Under the pieces are notes generated by a model that was not told the DNA's origin, searched no databases, and saw nothing but the letters and a program-made list of their open reading frames with translations. A stretch of 64,000 nt of DNA from the NCBI GenBank assembly GCA_964436735.1, contig CAYTFM010000002.1, positions 25,352 to 89,351 on the forward strand. The letters run 5' to 3'. This document shows positions 35,543-44,366 of this stretch, in pieces. Numbering within the stretch: position 1 is the stretch's first letter; each line of letters starts with the position of its first letter. The translations under genes were made by a program, and so were the position numbers. The stretch comes from an uncultured Victivallales bacterium. Its GTDB lineage: Bacteria; Verrucomicrobiota; Lentisphaeria; Victivallales; GWF2-38-69.

Positions 35543-36265
35543 ATGCTTGCAGTGACAGACGTTACAGTAGTGATTCTTGCGGGAGGATTAGGGACGAGGC
35601 TGAAAAGTGCGCTCCCGGATCGACCCAAGGTGCTGGCGCCAGTCAACGGACGACCTTTTCTTGCGTACATTCTGAGGCATCTTGATCGAGCGGGTTTCAC
35701 GCGCGCCGTCATGTGCGTGGGTCATCTTGGCGGACTTGTCCAGGATGCCATGGGGGAGCGGTTCGGCGGAATTCATATAGCCTATTCCGAAGAAGCAGCA
35801 CCCTTGGGAACTGCGGGCGCGCTGCGTCTCGCGTCAGACAAGATACAATCAGAATGTGTTTTAGTAATGAACGGGGATTCATTCATTGACGTGAATTTCC
35901 ATTTTTTTCTAAAGTGGTACGACACGCATTCGCCATTTATCGGGATGTTACTCTCTTGGCAATCTGACACCAACCGGTATGGACGGGTCGGGATTGACGA
36001 TTGTGGACGGATTATGAGCTTCGAGGAAAAGTGCCGTGAAGCGGGATCCGGCTTTATTAACGCCGGGGTGTACCTCTTCAAGAAACACTTGCTCACTACT
36101 ATCCCGCAGGGAAGGGCATTCTCGCTGGAGCGTGAATGGCTACCTCAATTCATGAATGGAACCATGCAGGGATTCAAGTGCACTGGCAGCTTCATTGACA
36201 TTGGCACCCCAGAATCATATGCGGCCGTCGCCTCCTTTTTCCGTGACGAGAGGTTCAATGACTGA
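35543..36265 (+). CDS. hddC: D-glycero-alpha-D-manno-heptose 1-phosphate guanylyltransferase-like sugar nucleotidyltransferase
   Basis: VVILAGGLGTRLKSALPDRPKVLAPVNGRPFLAYIL is the G-x-G-T-R-L nucleotidyltransferase motif. The 240-aa length and the context with hddA and gmhB support the call. A GAAGGAG SD is present. Confidence 0.75.
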   Translation: MLAVTDVTVVILAGGLGTRLKSALPDRPKVLAPVNGRPFLAYILRHLDRAGFTRAVMCVGHLGGLVQDAMGERFGGIHIAYSEEAAPLGTAGALRLASDKIQSECVLVMNGDSFIDVNFHFFLKWYDTHSPFIGMLLSWQSDTNRYGRVGIDDCGRIMSFEEKCREAGSGFINAGVYLFKKHLLTTIPQGRAFSLEREWLPQFMNGTMQGFKCTGSFIDIGTPESYAAVASFFRDERFND

Positions 36266-37166
36266 CCAGAAAAAAGATATACTGCTCTCCATCTGCCTGA
36301 ATGGTCGTAACGACAACTATGGCGGACGATTCAAGCAAAGGCTTGAGCAGTCCATCAATTACCTTGCAGCGCAGGCTGAACGAATAAAGCGTCTTCAAGA
36401 TATTGAAGTCGTATTAACTGATTGGAACAGCGATGTTCCCTTGTCCGATGTTTTACAGTTATCGGCCGTGGCGGCAGAAATAACCCGTGTGATCATTGTG
36501 CCACCGGAGATTGCCAAGCCGCACAACCATCCAGGAACCGCGTTTCACACGACCATGTCTTTAAATGTCGGAATACGGCGTTCCAAAGGATCATATGTTT
36601 GTGTAATGCCAGGAGATGTGTTGATACCGCAATTCGCTTTGTCGCAGTTGTTGAATTTGCTTGATGGAAAGCTTGATCCGCCGTTTGATGTCCCAAGAAG
36701 CGTCATGCTTGTTCCCCGGAAACTTCTCCCGTGCGAGTTCGATGTGACGACCAACAAATTGAGTGATCTTGATAGGAACCTCTTGCTTATCGACTCGAAC
36801 TTGCCATTGGATCCGCAGCACGTTGGCGAAGTCGGTGGCTCTGGAGCAATTATTGTCCACTCGGATATGTTGCGGAGGTTTCATGGGTTCAACGAAAGGC
36901 TGGGAGGTTGGGGCAGGAGTGATGTTGATTTTGGGATCAAGGCGAATGTGGATTGCCCCACGATATCCCTTTCATTTTACGGTATTACAATGTATGATTT
37001 TCAGCTTCCCGCTAGGACTTTAGTTGAGAAGTTTAGTAGAGCGAATGACGTCTCGCATTTTGAGTTTCTTCCGAATAATCCGCAATGGGGTTTGCCAGAA
37101 ACTGTATTTCAGGAACGTAAAGTTGTGGCGGCAGTTCCTTTGCGACTGGCCACCTTATCAACGTGA
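36258..37166 (+). CDS. Putative glycosyltransferase-like protein (GT-A-like, divergent)
   Basis: LLSICLNGRNDNYGG...VVLTDWNSD...VCVMPGDVL resembles the N-terminal part of GT2/galactosyltransferase-like proteins. The start at ATG 36258 overlaps the hddC stop by 8 nt. Confidence 0.4.
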   Translation: MTDQKKDILLSICLNGRNDNYGGRFKQRLEQSINYLAAQAERIKRLQDIEVVLTDWNSDVPLSDVLQLSAVAAEITRVIIVPPEIAKPHNHPGTAFHTTMSLNVGIRRSKGSYVCVMPGDVLIPQFALSQLLNLLDGKLDPPFDVPRSVMLVPRKLLPCEFDVTTNKLSDLDRNLLLIDSNLPLDPQHVGEVGGSGAIIVHSDMLRRFHGFNERLGGWGRSDVDFGIKANVDCPTISLSFYGITMYDFQLPARTLVEKFSRANDVSHFEFLPNNPQWGLPETVFQERKVVAAVPLRLATLST

Positions 37167-37250
37167 TGGCATGAAGGAAGTGCGCATCGGCAAAAAAAAC
37201 ATTTATCCAGCGTAACCAGGCAGGAAGTCGCGCTTGTAATCGTAGATCAC

Positions 37251-38021
37251 ATGGTACGGCATATTCCATCTCACACCTTTCCCGTATATTGGTATGTCAA
37301 AAACTTCCACTGTCGTAGATACCTCGACATTGGGGGAGAATGCCTGGGCTCGTCGCTGGCAGTTAATCACTTTGACTCCTGCGCGGAGATGTATTTCTCC
37401 TTATGTCTTTCTTCAGGCTACCTGCATTCCCATAATATGATGTTCGATACCATCTCCACAGTCCTTGCGAGACACAAGCATCGTGGACAAGTTCGCTTTA
37501 TAGCAGGCGATCCGAATACATCTTTGCCACGGTTGGCACACAATTTTCTGGGAGAAGTATCCTTTGACCTTGCATTGTGCAATGCGAGTGTGCTATCAAA
37601 TCCTGTAGAGACGATTACACAACTTGCACCACTTATTTCCTGTGCGGGGGTGATCATTATTTCGCAGTGTGATCAGTGTCAGATGAATGAAGTGCGTGCT
37701 AAACTGAACTCCGATGGACAGGATTGGAGTTTGCTATTCGTTGCCGTGCACAAAACAGGCATTCTTTATAGAAGTAGCGATGAGACTGTAGCGTCAGCAC
37801 TCCGCATGGCAGATATCACTCGACTCAGTCGCGAATGGCAACCCATCCCATGTAATCGGCTCTTGCGGGCACTTTGCACTGTGGTCGCCTATATAGGCAA
37901 ACTACTCGATTATTGTGAGAGGCTTCTTCAAAATTTGTCCTTTGTACCATGGTATCACTGGCCGATCTCAGCATGGATTATAGTCAAAAGACGTATAGAC
38001 AATTATTCGACAACAGAATAG
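37251..38021 (+). CDS. Hypothetical protein, possibly methyltransferase-fold
   Basis: This is a long ORF in an AT-richer segment with no competing frame. YLDIGGECLGSSLAV weakly resembles SAM motif I. I see no firm family match. Confidence 0.4.
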   Translation: MVRHIPSHTFPVYWYVKNFHCRRYLDIGGECLGSSLAVNHFDSCAEMYFSLCLSSGYLHSHNMMFDTISTVLARHKHRGQVRFIAGDPNTSLPRLAHNFLGEVSFDLALCNASVLSNPVETITQLAPLISCAGVIIISQCDQCQMNEVRAKLNSDGQDWSLLFVAVHKTGILYRSSDETVASALRMADITRLSREWQPIPCNRLLRALCTVVAYIGKLLDYCERLLQNLSFVPWYHWPISAWIIVKRRIDNYSTTE

Positions 38022-38041
38022 GCATACTGTTTGCGGTTGAA

Positions 38042-38971
38042 ATGACAAAAAGATCTTATTCTCGTAACACCCCGGTCATTGTTTTCGCTTATAACCGTTC
38101 TACTCATCTGGCGAAGACGATAGAGAGCTTAGCGCGCAATGAACTTGCTCAGGAAAGTGATCTGACGATCTACTCCGATGGCCCGCGAAACGAAGCCGAT
38201 AGGGTGAAAGTTGCAGTGGTGCGGGATTTGTGCAAGAGCGTGAAGGGATTCCGCACTGTTTCATTAATCGAAAGGCACGAGAATTTCGGACTCGCCAAAT
38301 CGGTGATTGACGGTGTTACCGAGACTGTCGAAAAGCATGGAAGCGTCATCGTGCTTGAGGACGACATGGTGACCTCGACCTATTTCCTTCGTTTCATGAA
38401 CGAGGCACTCGAGTTCTACAAGGATGACGAGAAAGTAATCAGCATTCATGGATATGTGTTTCCTGTGAAGAGAGAGCTTCCAGAAACCTTTTTCCTTAAG
38501 GGAACTGATTGCTGGGGATGGGCGACATGGCGGAGAGGCTGGCAACTCTTTGAGCAAGACGGAAATGCGCTTCTCGGTAAACTAACCGCAAATGGCTTGT
38601 TGCGAAGATTTGACTTCGAGGGTTCCGCCGCCTTCTCCACCATGCTCCGCTCTCAAATCACGGGCAAGGTCGATTCATGGGCGGTCAGGTGGTATGCCTC
38701 AGCGCTTGCGCATGACAAGTTGACCCTCTATCCGGGAAGAACGCTCATAAGGAACATCGGGAACGACGCCAGCGGCACGAACTATTCGAAAACCGCCCGA
38801 TACGACAGCGAACCATCTCCGACGCCGATCCATATAGGGGGAATCGCCGTCGAGGAAGAACAGTCCGCCTACAATGCGTATGTCGAGTTCTATCGCTCCA
38901 TCCAACCCGGTATGATTGAAAACTCCCGCCGTATGTTGAACTCCGTCAAAAAACGGCTCCTGGGCATATGA
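38042..38971 (+). CDS. Glycosyltransferase (GT-A, GT2/GnT-I-like)
   Basis: TPVIVFAYNRSTHLAKTIESL...NFGLAKSVIDGV...VIVLEDDMV (DxD) is present. The start is set at ATG 38042, after the previous stop. Confidence 0.65.
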   Translation: MTKRSYSRNTPVIVFAYNRSTHLAKTIESLARNELAQESDLTIYSDGPRNEADRVKVAVVRDLCKSVKGFRTVSLIERHENFGLAKSVIDGVTETVEKHGSVIVLEDDMVTSTYFLRFMNEALEFYKDDEKVISIHGYVFPVKRELPETFFLKGTDCWGWATWRRGWQLFEQDGNALLGKLTANGLLRRFDFEGSAAFSTMLRSQITGKVDSWAVRWYASALAHDKLTLYPGRTLIRNIGNDASGTNYSKTARYDSEPSPTPIHIGGIAVEEEQSAYNAYVEFYRSIQPGMIENSRRMLNSVKKRLLGI

Positions 38972-39795
38972 GGAAGTCGCAGTTGCGTCAAATAGCGGAA
39001 GCAATGCTGCCGCCCGCACTCGTGAAGGCGGCGAAAAGCGTGATGCGCCCGGGGATCCGCTTCACCGGTCCTTATGTCACCTGGGAGAAGGCCCTTCAAT
39101 ACTCTACCGGATATGACGACTCTGATATTATGGATAAAGTTCTCACGTCCACGCGAGCCGTCAAAGAGGGAAAGGCCTTTTTTGAAAGAGACTCAGTTCT
39201 ATTTTATGAACGACAATTTGTCTTTCCACTGCTTTCCGTAATCCTTCGCGCCGCGGTCGACCATGGAGGGGCAGTGACCACCCTCGACTTTGGAGGTTCT
39301 CTGGGGAGCCTCTACTTCCAGCACAAGGAGTTCCTCTCTGGCGTCAAACTGAGATGGCATATCGTTGAGCAGGACAGGCTGGTTGAAATTGGACGAGAAA
39401 ATTTTGAGGATGACACGCTCAAGTTCTTCGCTTCTATCAAGGAAAGTCTTTTCGTGGCGAAGCCGGACATACTTGTCCTGTCCGGTGTTCTCCAGTATCT
39501 ACAACAGCCGCACGATGATCTTTCCCAGATGCTTGCCGCCATGCCGGACTACATCGTCATCGACAGAACGCCTTTTGCGGAAGTGGACTCTGACACGCTT
39601 CTTGTCCAACACGTCCCCGCGGCCATCTACAAGGCCAGCTATCCTTGCTGGGTGCTCTCCAGGCCGCGCCTTGTCAGTGAGTTGAGCGGGAAATTCGAGC
39701 TCGTCTGCGGGCATGACAGCTTGGAGTTTCCAGCCCTCGCTCGCCGTGGAGCAGGTTATGTGGGAATGATTTGGCGCAGGAGACCCGTCTCATGA
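38968..39795 (+). CDS. Methyltransferase, TIGR04325 family
   Basis: FTGPYVTWEKALQYSTGYDD...ERDSVLF...LDFGGSLGSLYFQHKEFL...WHIVEQ...LSGVLQYLQQPH...IVIDRTPF...VQHVPAAIYKASYPCWV follows the TIGR04325 pattern as I remember it. It is common in O-antigen loci. Confidence 0.75.
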   Translation: MRKSQLRQIAEAMLPPALVKAAKSVMRPGIRFTGPYVTWEKALQYSTGYDDSDIMDKVLTSTRAVKEGKAFFERDSVLFYERQFVFPLLSVILRAAVDHGGAVTTLDFGGSLGSLYFQHKEFLSGVKLRWHIVEQDRLVEIGRENFEDDTLKFFASIKESLFVAKPDILVLSGVLQYLQQPHDDLSQMLAAMPDYIVIDRTPFAEVDSDTLLVQHVPAAIYKASYPCWVLSRPRLVSELSGKFELVCGHDSLEFPALARRGAGYVGMIWRRRPVS

Positions 39796-40739
39796 ACCCG
39801 CTGTTCACAAAGATTCTCTCCCGGGATGAATTCAAAGACGATCCGCCGGTTCTTGTTGACATCGGTTCGTCCGGCGGCTTGAACAAAGCGTGGTTGCCGA
39901 TCGCGAAACATTCGGTCTGTGTCGCGTTTGACGCGGACGAGCGGGAACTCGCCTGCGTCGAAGAGGAGGGGGGAAGGTACAAGAAGTTGTATCTCTACAA
40001 AGCCCTCGCGACGCCCGGAAGTGACGGGAAATCTCAGTTCAACCTCACCAAAAACCCCTTTTGCTCAAGCCTGCTCAAACCGAGGGCGGCACAGCTTGAA
40101 GACTGGGCCTTCGCCGAACAGTTCGAAGTGGTCGATGTCATCGAACGTCCCGCCATCTCGCTTACCACTGTCCTAAAGGAGCGCGGGCTGCGCCGTATCG
40201 ACTGGTTTAAAACAGACTCCCAGGGCATGGATTTACGGCTTTTCTCAAGCTTAGACGCCTCTGTCCGCAAGGGTGTCCTGGCAGCCGAGTTCGAGCCAGG
40301 GATCATTGACGCCTACGACGGGGAGGACAAGATGCACGCGGTTCTTTCCGCAATGAGCGGCGAAGAGTTTTGGTTAGCCGACATGCGCATGAAGGGGACT
40401 CAGCGGATACGGGGTGATATCCTGGATTCGCTGCCTCGTCATGAGCGCCGCCTCATTCATCACTGCGTCAGGCCTTCGCCTTGCTGGTGCGAACTTTTAT
40501 TCATGAACACGTTCCGCCACGCCGACACTTCTCGGGACTTTCTGCTGGGATGGTGCTTCGCCATGATGAATGGGCAAATCGGCTTTGCCCTGCAGCTTGC
40601 CGTCGACGGCTCGAAAACCACTGGCGACGGGGTGTTCAAGGAGCTGGAGCGGTACGCTCGCCGCAACCTGCGGCTCCGGATGCTGGTATCACCCTTCCGC
40701 CATCTGTGGGGGAAACTCGGGGGGAAGACATGGGGATGA
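39792..40739 (+). CDS. FkbM-family methyltransferase
   Basis: VLVDIGSSGG...VAFDADERE...IDWFKTDSQGMDLRLF resembles FkbM-type SAM methyltransferases. An ATGA overlap joins it to the previous gene. Confidence 0.6.
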   Translation: MNPLFTKILSRDEFKDDPPVLVDIGSSGGLNKAWLPIAKHSVCVAFDADERELACVEEEGGRYKKLYLYKALATPGSDGKSQFNLTKNPFCSSLLKPRAAQLEDWAFAEQFEVVDVIERPAISLTTVLKERGLRRIDWFKTDSQGMDLRLFSSLDASVRKGVLAAEFEPGIIDAYDGEDKMHAVLSAMSGEEFWLADMRMKGTQRIRGDILDSLPRHERRLIHHCVRPSPCWCELLFMNTFRHADTSRDFLLGWCFAMMNGQIGFALQLAVDGSKTTGDGVFKELERYARRNLRLRMLVSPFRHLWGKLGGKTWG

Positions 40740-42262
40740 ACACACCCAAGTCCTCACAGTTCAGCAAGGGGCCGGTCGTGCTCGTTTCACGGCGCATCGC
40801 CTACACGTTCCCGCTCTCATACGCGTATCTTGCAGGACACCTCAAAGCGTGCGGCGAGGAAGTTCGGATCTTGTTTAGAGGCGGAGACAATCAGAAACTT
40901 GCCGCAGAGATAATGAGAGAGGAACCACTTTTGGTGGGATTGGGGAACCTCTACCCCGAGTTGGCCGAGATCCGGGAAATCATTGCCCTTCTTGACAGGG
41001 CCGGACGCCGCTTCCCCGTGGTGGTTGGTGGACAGATGGTCAGCCCGACACCGGAGTTCGCCGTGAGGATTACCGGTGCGGATTATGGCGTCATTGGAGA
41101 GGGAGAACTTATTCTGGCCGACTTGGTGAGGGCGCTGCGGAACGGCGGCGACACCCGCGCGGTGAAAGGGCTGGCTGTCAGGGAGGGCGATGACATCGTC
41201 CTCACCGGGCCCGGTGAGTACATTCAAGACCTCTCCACGCTCCCCAGGATACCCTATGAGCTTTTCCCGACGCGGGAGTGGCTCGATGTCGGTCGCTGGT
41301 ATGCGGAAAACGCGCCTCAACCCCACTGGCGCTTCGACGACAAAGTTATAAACGTGCATGGCGGGCGCGGGTGCCCTTTCAACTGCAACTTCTGCTACCA
41401 TCACAGCAGACCCCGCTACCGGCCAATGGACATAATGATGGACGAGGCGGCGGAGGCGCTCGACCGTTTCGGCGGCACGATGCTGTATTTCTCCGACGAC
41501 CTCGTGCTGTCCTCCCCCGCGAGGGCCCGGCAACTTGTCGATGGGGTGCGCGGACTAAGGCGACCGGTGAGCTACTCCGGTTCGGCGCGGTTTGACACAC
41601 TTGCAAGGATGGATGACAGCCTTCTTGCCGAAATGAAGGCGAGTGGATGCAGAATGATGGGACTCGGCATCGAGTCAGGTTCGGACAGGATACTGAACGT
41701 CATCGGCAAGAATTGCACCGCTAACAGCATGCGCACGGAGTTGTCCCGTCTCCACAAAGCGGGGATTCTCGCCACCGGCAATATCATGCTTGGGCAGTAC
41801 ACAGAGACGCGGGAAGAGGTGGGGGAATCCATTCGATTTGTCCAGGAAACGATCCGCGAGGATCCAAATCTCCAGTACGCTTTTTCCCTCACCACGCCAT
41901 TCCCCGGATCTAAACTCTATGGAACGATTTTCGTGAACAACATTTTGCGCGACGACCAGGAGTTTTATGAGAGATACTTCTCTCCCTCGAGAGATGGCGA
42001 CTGGAATCTTGTCGTCAATCTCTCTGCGATGCCTGATAAGGAAGTCGGCGAATTATTCAAGGAGATTCAGTGCTGCTACAAGAAGGCGAAGGCGGACACC
42101 GCGGGAAGGCGAGCCGTGTTTCTGGACTCGGCGCGGATAGCCCTTGGCAAAGGACGGCGTCTGCTGGAGAGGTCCGCCCGCCGCCCCGTGGCTCCACGCC
42201 TCTTCGCCTGGGCACACCGGCGCATGGAGTACGCCTCGCTCAAAGTCCGGGGAGTGTGCTGA
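40730..42262 (+). CDS. B12-binding-domain radical SAM protein (class B-like), copy 2
   Basis: GGRGCPFNCNFCYHH is the Cx3Cx2C motif. The N-terminal region (VVLVSRR...LAGHLKACGEEVRILF...VVVGGQMVSPTPE) is B12-binding-like. The start at ATG 40730 or 40736 overlaps the previous stop. I reject the upstream 83 codons of the ORF. Confidence 0.78.
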   Translation: MGMNTPKSSQFSKGPVVLVSRRIAYTFPLSYAYLAGHLKACGEEVRILFRGGDNQKLAAEIMREEPLLVGLGNLYPELAEIREIIALLDRAGRRFPVVVGGQMVSPTPEFAVRITGADYGVIGEGELILADLVRALRNGGDTRAVKGLAVREGDDIVLTGPGEYIQDLSTLPRIPYELFPTREWLDVGRWYAENAPQPHWRFDDKVINVHGGRGCPFNCNFCYHHSRPRYRPMDIMMDEAAEALDRFGGTMLYFSDDLVLSSPARARQLVDGVRGLRRPVSYSGSARFDTLARMDDSLLAEMKASGCRMMGLGIESGSDRILNVIGKNCTANSMRTELSRLHKAGILATGNIMLGQYTETREEVGESIRFVQETIREDPNLQYAFSLTTPFPGSKLYGTIFVNNILRDDQEFYERYFSPSRDGDWNLVVNLSAMPDKEVGELFKEIQCCYKKAKADTAGRRAVFLDSARIALGKGRRLLERSARRPVAPRLFAWAHRRMEYASLKVRGVC

Positions 42263-42264
42263 CA

Positions 42265-43233
42265 TTGAGATACTTCTGCACCATGTTCGACAGTGCCTAT
42301 CTGACGCGGGGAATAGCCCTGTACCGTTCACTGGCGAGGACAAATTCCGATTTCACCCTTTTCGTCGTTTGTCTTGACGAGGACTCGCTGAAGCTTCTCG
42401 ATGCGCTCGCCGAGCCGTCCATCCGGTCGATACCACTTGCCGAAATCGAGGCCACCGACCCGGAGTTCTATGCGACCAAGCAGACCAGAGGAGTTGTTGA
42501 TTATTATTTCACGCTCAGCCCCGTGCTTCCCCTCCACATTCTACGGACTCATCCTGAAATCGACATCATTACGTGTCTTGACGCAGATCTGATCTTCTAT
42601 GCGAATCCTGATATTTTGTATGAAGAACTTGGCGACGGAGCTGTTTTCATTGTTCCGCATCGCTTTGCCGATCATTTGAAGTGGCGCGAGCAATGTGGTT
42701 TGTACAATGTCCAGTGCCAGATGTTCAGGAACGACGCCAGGGGACTCGCCTGCCTGAACTGGTGGCGTGAGAGGTGCGTTGAATGGTGCAGGAACGAGCT
42801 TGTTGACGGCAAATACGCTGACCAGAAGTACCTTGACGAGTTCCCACGACGTTTCGACGGCGTGGTCGTTTCACAGGTGAAAGGCGCGGGACTTGCCCCG
42901 TGGAACTGGATGCGGTATGACATCGACATTGCTGACGCCGGGAAACCGACGGTCGACGGCGAACCTCTCGTGTTCTACCATTTCCAGGGGGTGAAACTGC
43001 TTTCACGGCATCTCGTGATGAACAACATGGGGTATTATGGGAGGGTCATGCCCCGGAAGCTTCGGTACTGGTTTTACGCACGCTACGTCGAGGAGTTGAG
43101 GGCGGCGGCGGAATGGATCCAACAGCGGACAGGGCGTGAGGCCTCCAACTCGTTTAGCAGCAAACGCGAGGGACTTTCACGTCTGCGGACATATGCGTCC
43201 GCTATGTTGAGGAACAGTCTGATGTGGGTATAG
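42265..43233 (+). CDS. Nucleotide-diphospho-sugar transferase-like protein (GT-A, GT8-like)
   Basis: RYFCTMFDSAYLTRGIALYRSL...TCLDADLIFYANPD (DxD)...KYADQKYLDEFP is present. The start is uncertain: TTG 42265, GTG 42256 or ATG 42283. Confidence 0.5.
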   Translation: MRYFCTMFDSAYLTRGIALYRSLARTNSDFTLFVVCLDEDSLKLLDALAEPSIRSIPLAEIEATDPEFYATKQTRGVVDYYFTLSPVLPLHILRTHPEIDIITCLDADLIFYANPDILYEELGDGAVFIVPHRFADHLKWREQCGLYNVQCQMFRNDARGLACLNWWRERCVEWCRNELVDGKYADQKYLDEFPRRFDGVVVSQVKGAGLAPWNWMRYDIDIADAGKPTVDGEPLVFYHFQGVKLLSRHLVMNNMGYYGRVMPRKLRYWFYARYVEELRAAAEWIQQRTGREASNSFSSKREGLSRLRTYASAMLRNSLMWV

Positions 43234-43256
43234 CCTCACTGCTGTTTCATTCGTAG

Positions 43257-43290
43257 ATGCGGCATCTTGCCGCATGCAAGCGGCAAGATG
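43257..43290 (+). terminator. Two mutually exclusive hairpins downstream of the GT8-like gene (terminator- or attenuator-like, no U-tract)
   Basis: ATGCGGCA-TCT-TGCCGCAT spans 43257-43275 (8-bp stem). CATCTTGCCGC-ATGCAA-GCGGCAAGATG spans 43263-43290 (11-bp stem). They share bases 43263-43275. Confidence 0.3.
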
Positions 43291-43370
43291 TCGATTCTAC
43301 AAAAGTGGGATCAGCAAAAAGTAAAAATGCGCCTGTGCAGAGCTTGTGGGCTGGCATGGTCTGAAATAGA

Positions 43371-44366
43371 ATGAGGGAGAATATGAATGAAAACCAATTT
43401 GAAAACCGGAAAATACTGATCACAGGTGGGCTGGGTTTTATCGGGTCGAACTTGGCGCGGCGGCTTGTGGAACTTGGGGCCGTCGTCACACTTGTCGATT
43501 CTTTGATTCCGGAGTACGGTGGGAACCTGTTCAATGTCGAGGATATCAAAGACAAGGTGCACATAAACATATCAGACGTGCGTGACTCTTACAGTATGCG
43601 GTACCTTGTCAAGGGGCATGACTATTTGTTTAATCTTGCAGGGCAGACAAGCCATCTCGACTCGATGAGCGATCCGCTCACTGATCTTGAAATCAACAGT
43701 CGAGCGCAACTGTCGATATTGGAGGCTTGCAGAAAGTACAATCCTGAAGCCAAGATAGTTTTCGCCAGCACGCGACAAATATATGGAAAGCCAGAATATC
43801 TCCCTGTTGACGAAAAACATCCTCTCAGGCCAGTTGATGTGAACGGTGTGAACAAGATCGCTGGTGAGAATTACCATATCCTTTATTATAATGTCTACGG
43901 TATTCGCACATGCGCATTGCGTCTGACCAACACCTATGGACCCCGAATGAGAATCAAAGATGCCCGGCAAACCTTCGTGGGCGTCTGGATACGTAATGCC
44001 CTGCAAAAACAGCCTATCGAGGTATGGGGGGGAGGGCAGCTTAGGGACTTCACCTATGTCGACGATGCGGTCGACGCATTCCTGGCAAGCGCCGCAAGCG
44101 ACAAAACCTGTGGTCGGGTGTTTAATCTGGGAGGGGATCAAGTCATAAGCCTGCTCGGTTTGGCGAAATTGTTGGGGACCCTTACACATAATGATTATAT
44201 CGTGAAAGAATTCCCTTCTGAAAGAAAAATTATTGATATTGGCGATTATTACTCCGACTTCAAGTTGATTACCTCCGAACTTGGCTGGAATCCTCGAACA
44301 ACGCTGAAAGATGGAATTCAACGAACCGTGGATTATTATCGTAGTTGTAGCGCGCAGTATTTATGA
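43371..44366 (+). CDS. NAD-dependent epimerase/dehydratase (extended SDR)
   Basis: ILITGGLGFIGSNLARRLV, FASTRQIYG, YGVNKIAGE (YxxxK) and LRLTNTYGPRM are present. Confidence 0.8.
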   Translation: MRENMNENQFENRKILITGGLGFIGSNLARRLVELGAVVTLVDSLIPEYGGNLFNVEDIKDKVHINISDVRDSYSMRYLVKGHDYLFNLAGQTSHLDSMSDPLTDLEINSRAQLSILEACRKYNPEAKIVFASTRQIYGKPEYLPVDEKHPLRPVDVNGVNKIAGENYHILYYNVYGIRTCALRLTNTYGPRMRIKDARQTFVGVWIRNALQKQPIEVWGGGQLRDFTYVDDAVDAFLASAASDKTCGRVFNLGGDQVISLLGLAKLLGTLTHNDYIVKEFPSERKIIDIGDYYSDFKLITSELGWNPRTTLKDGIQRTVDYYRSCSAQYL

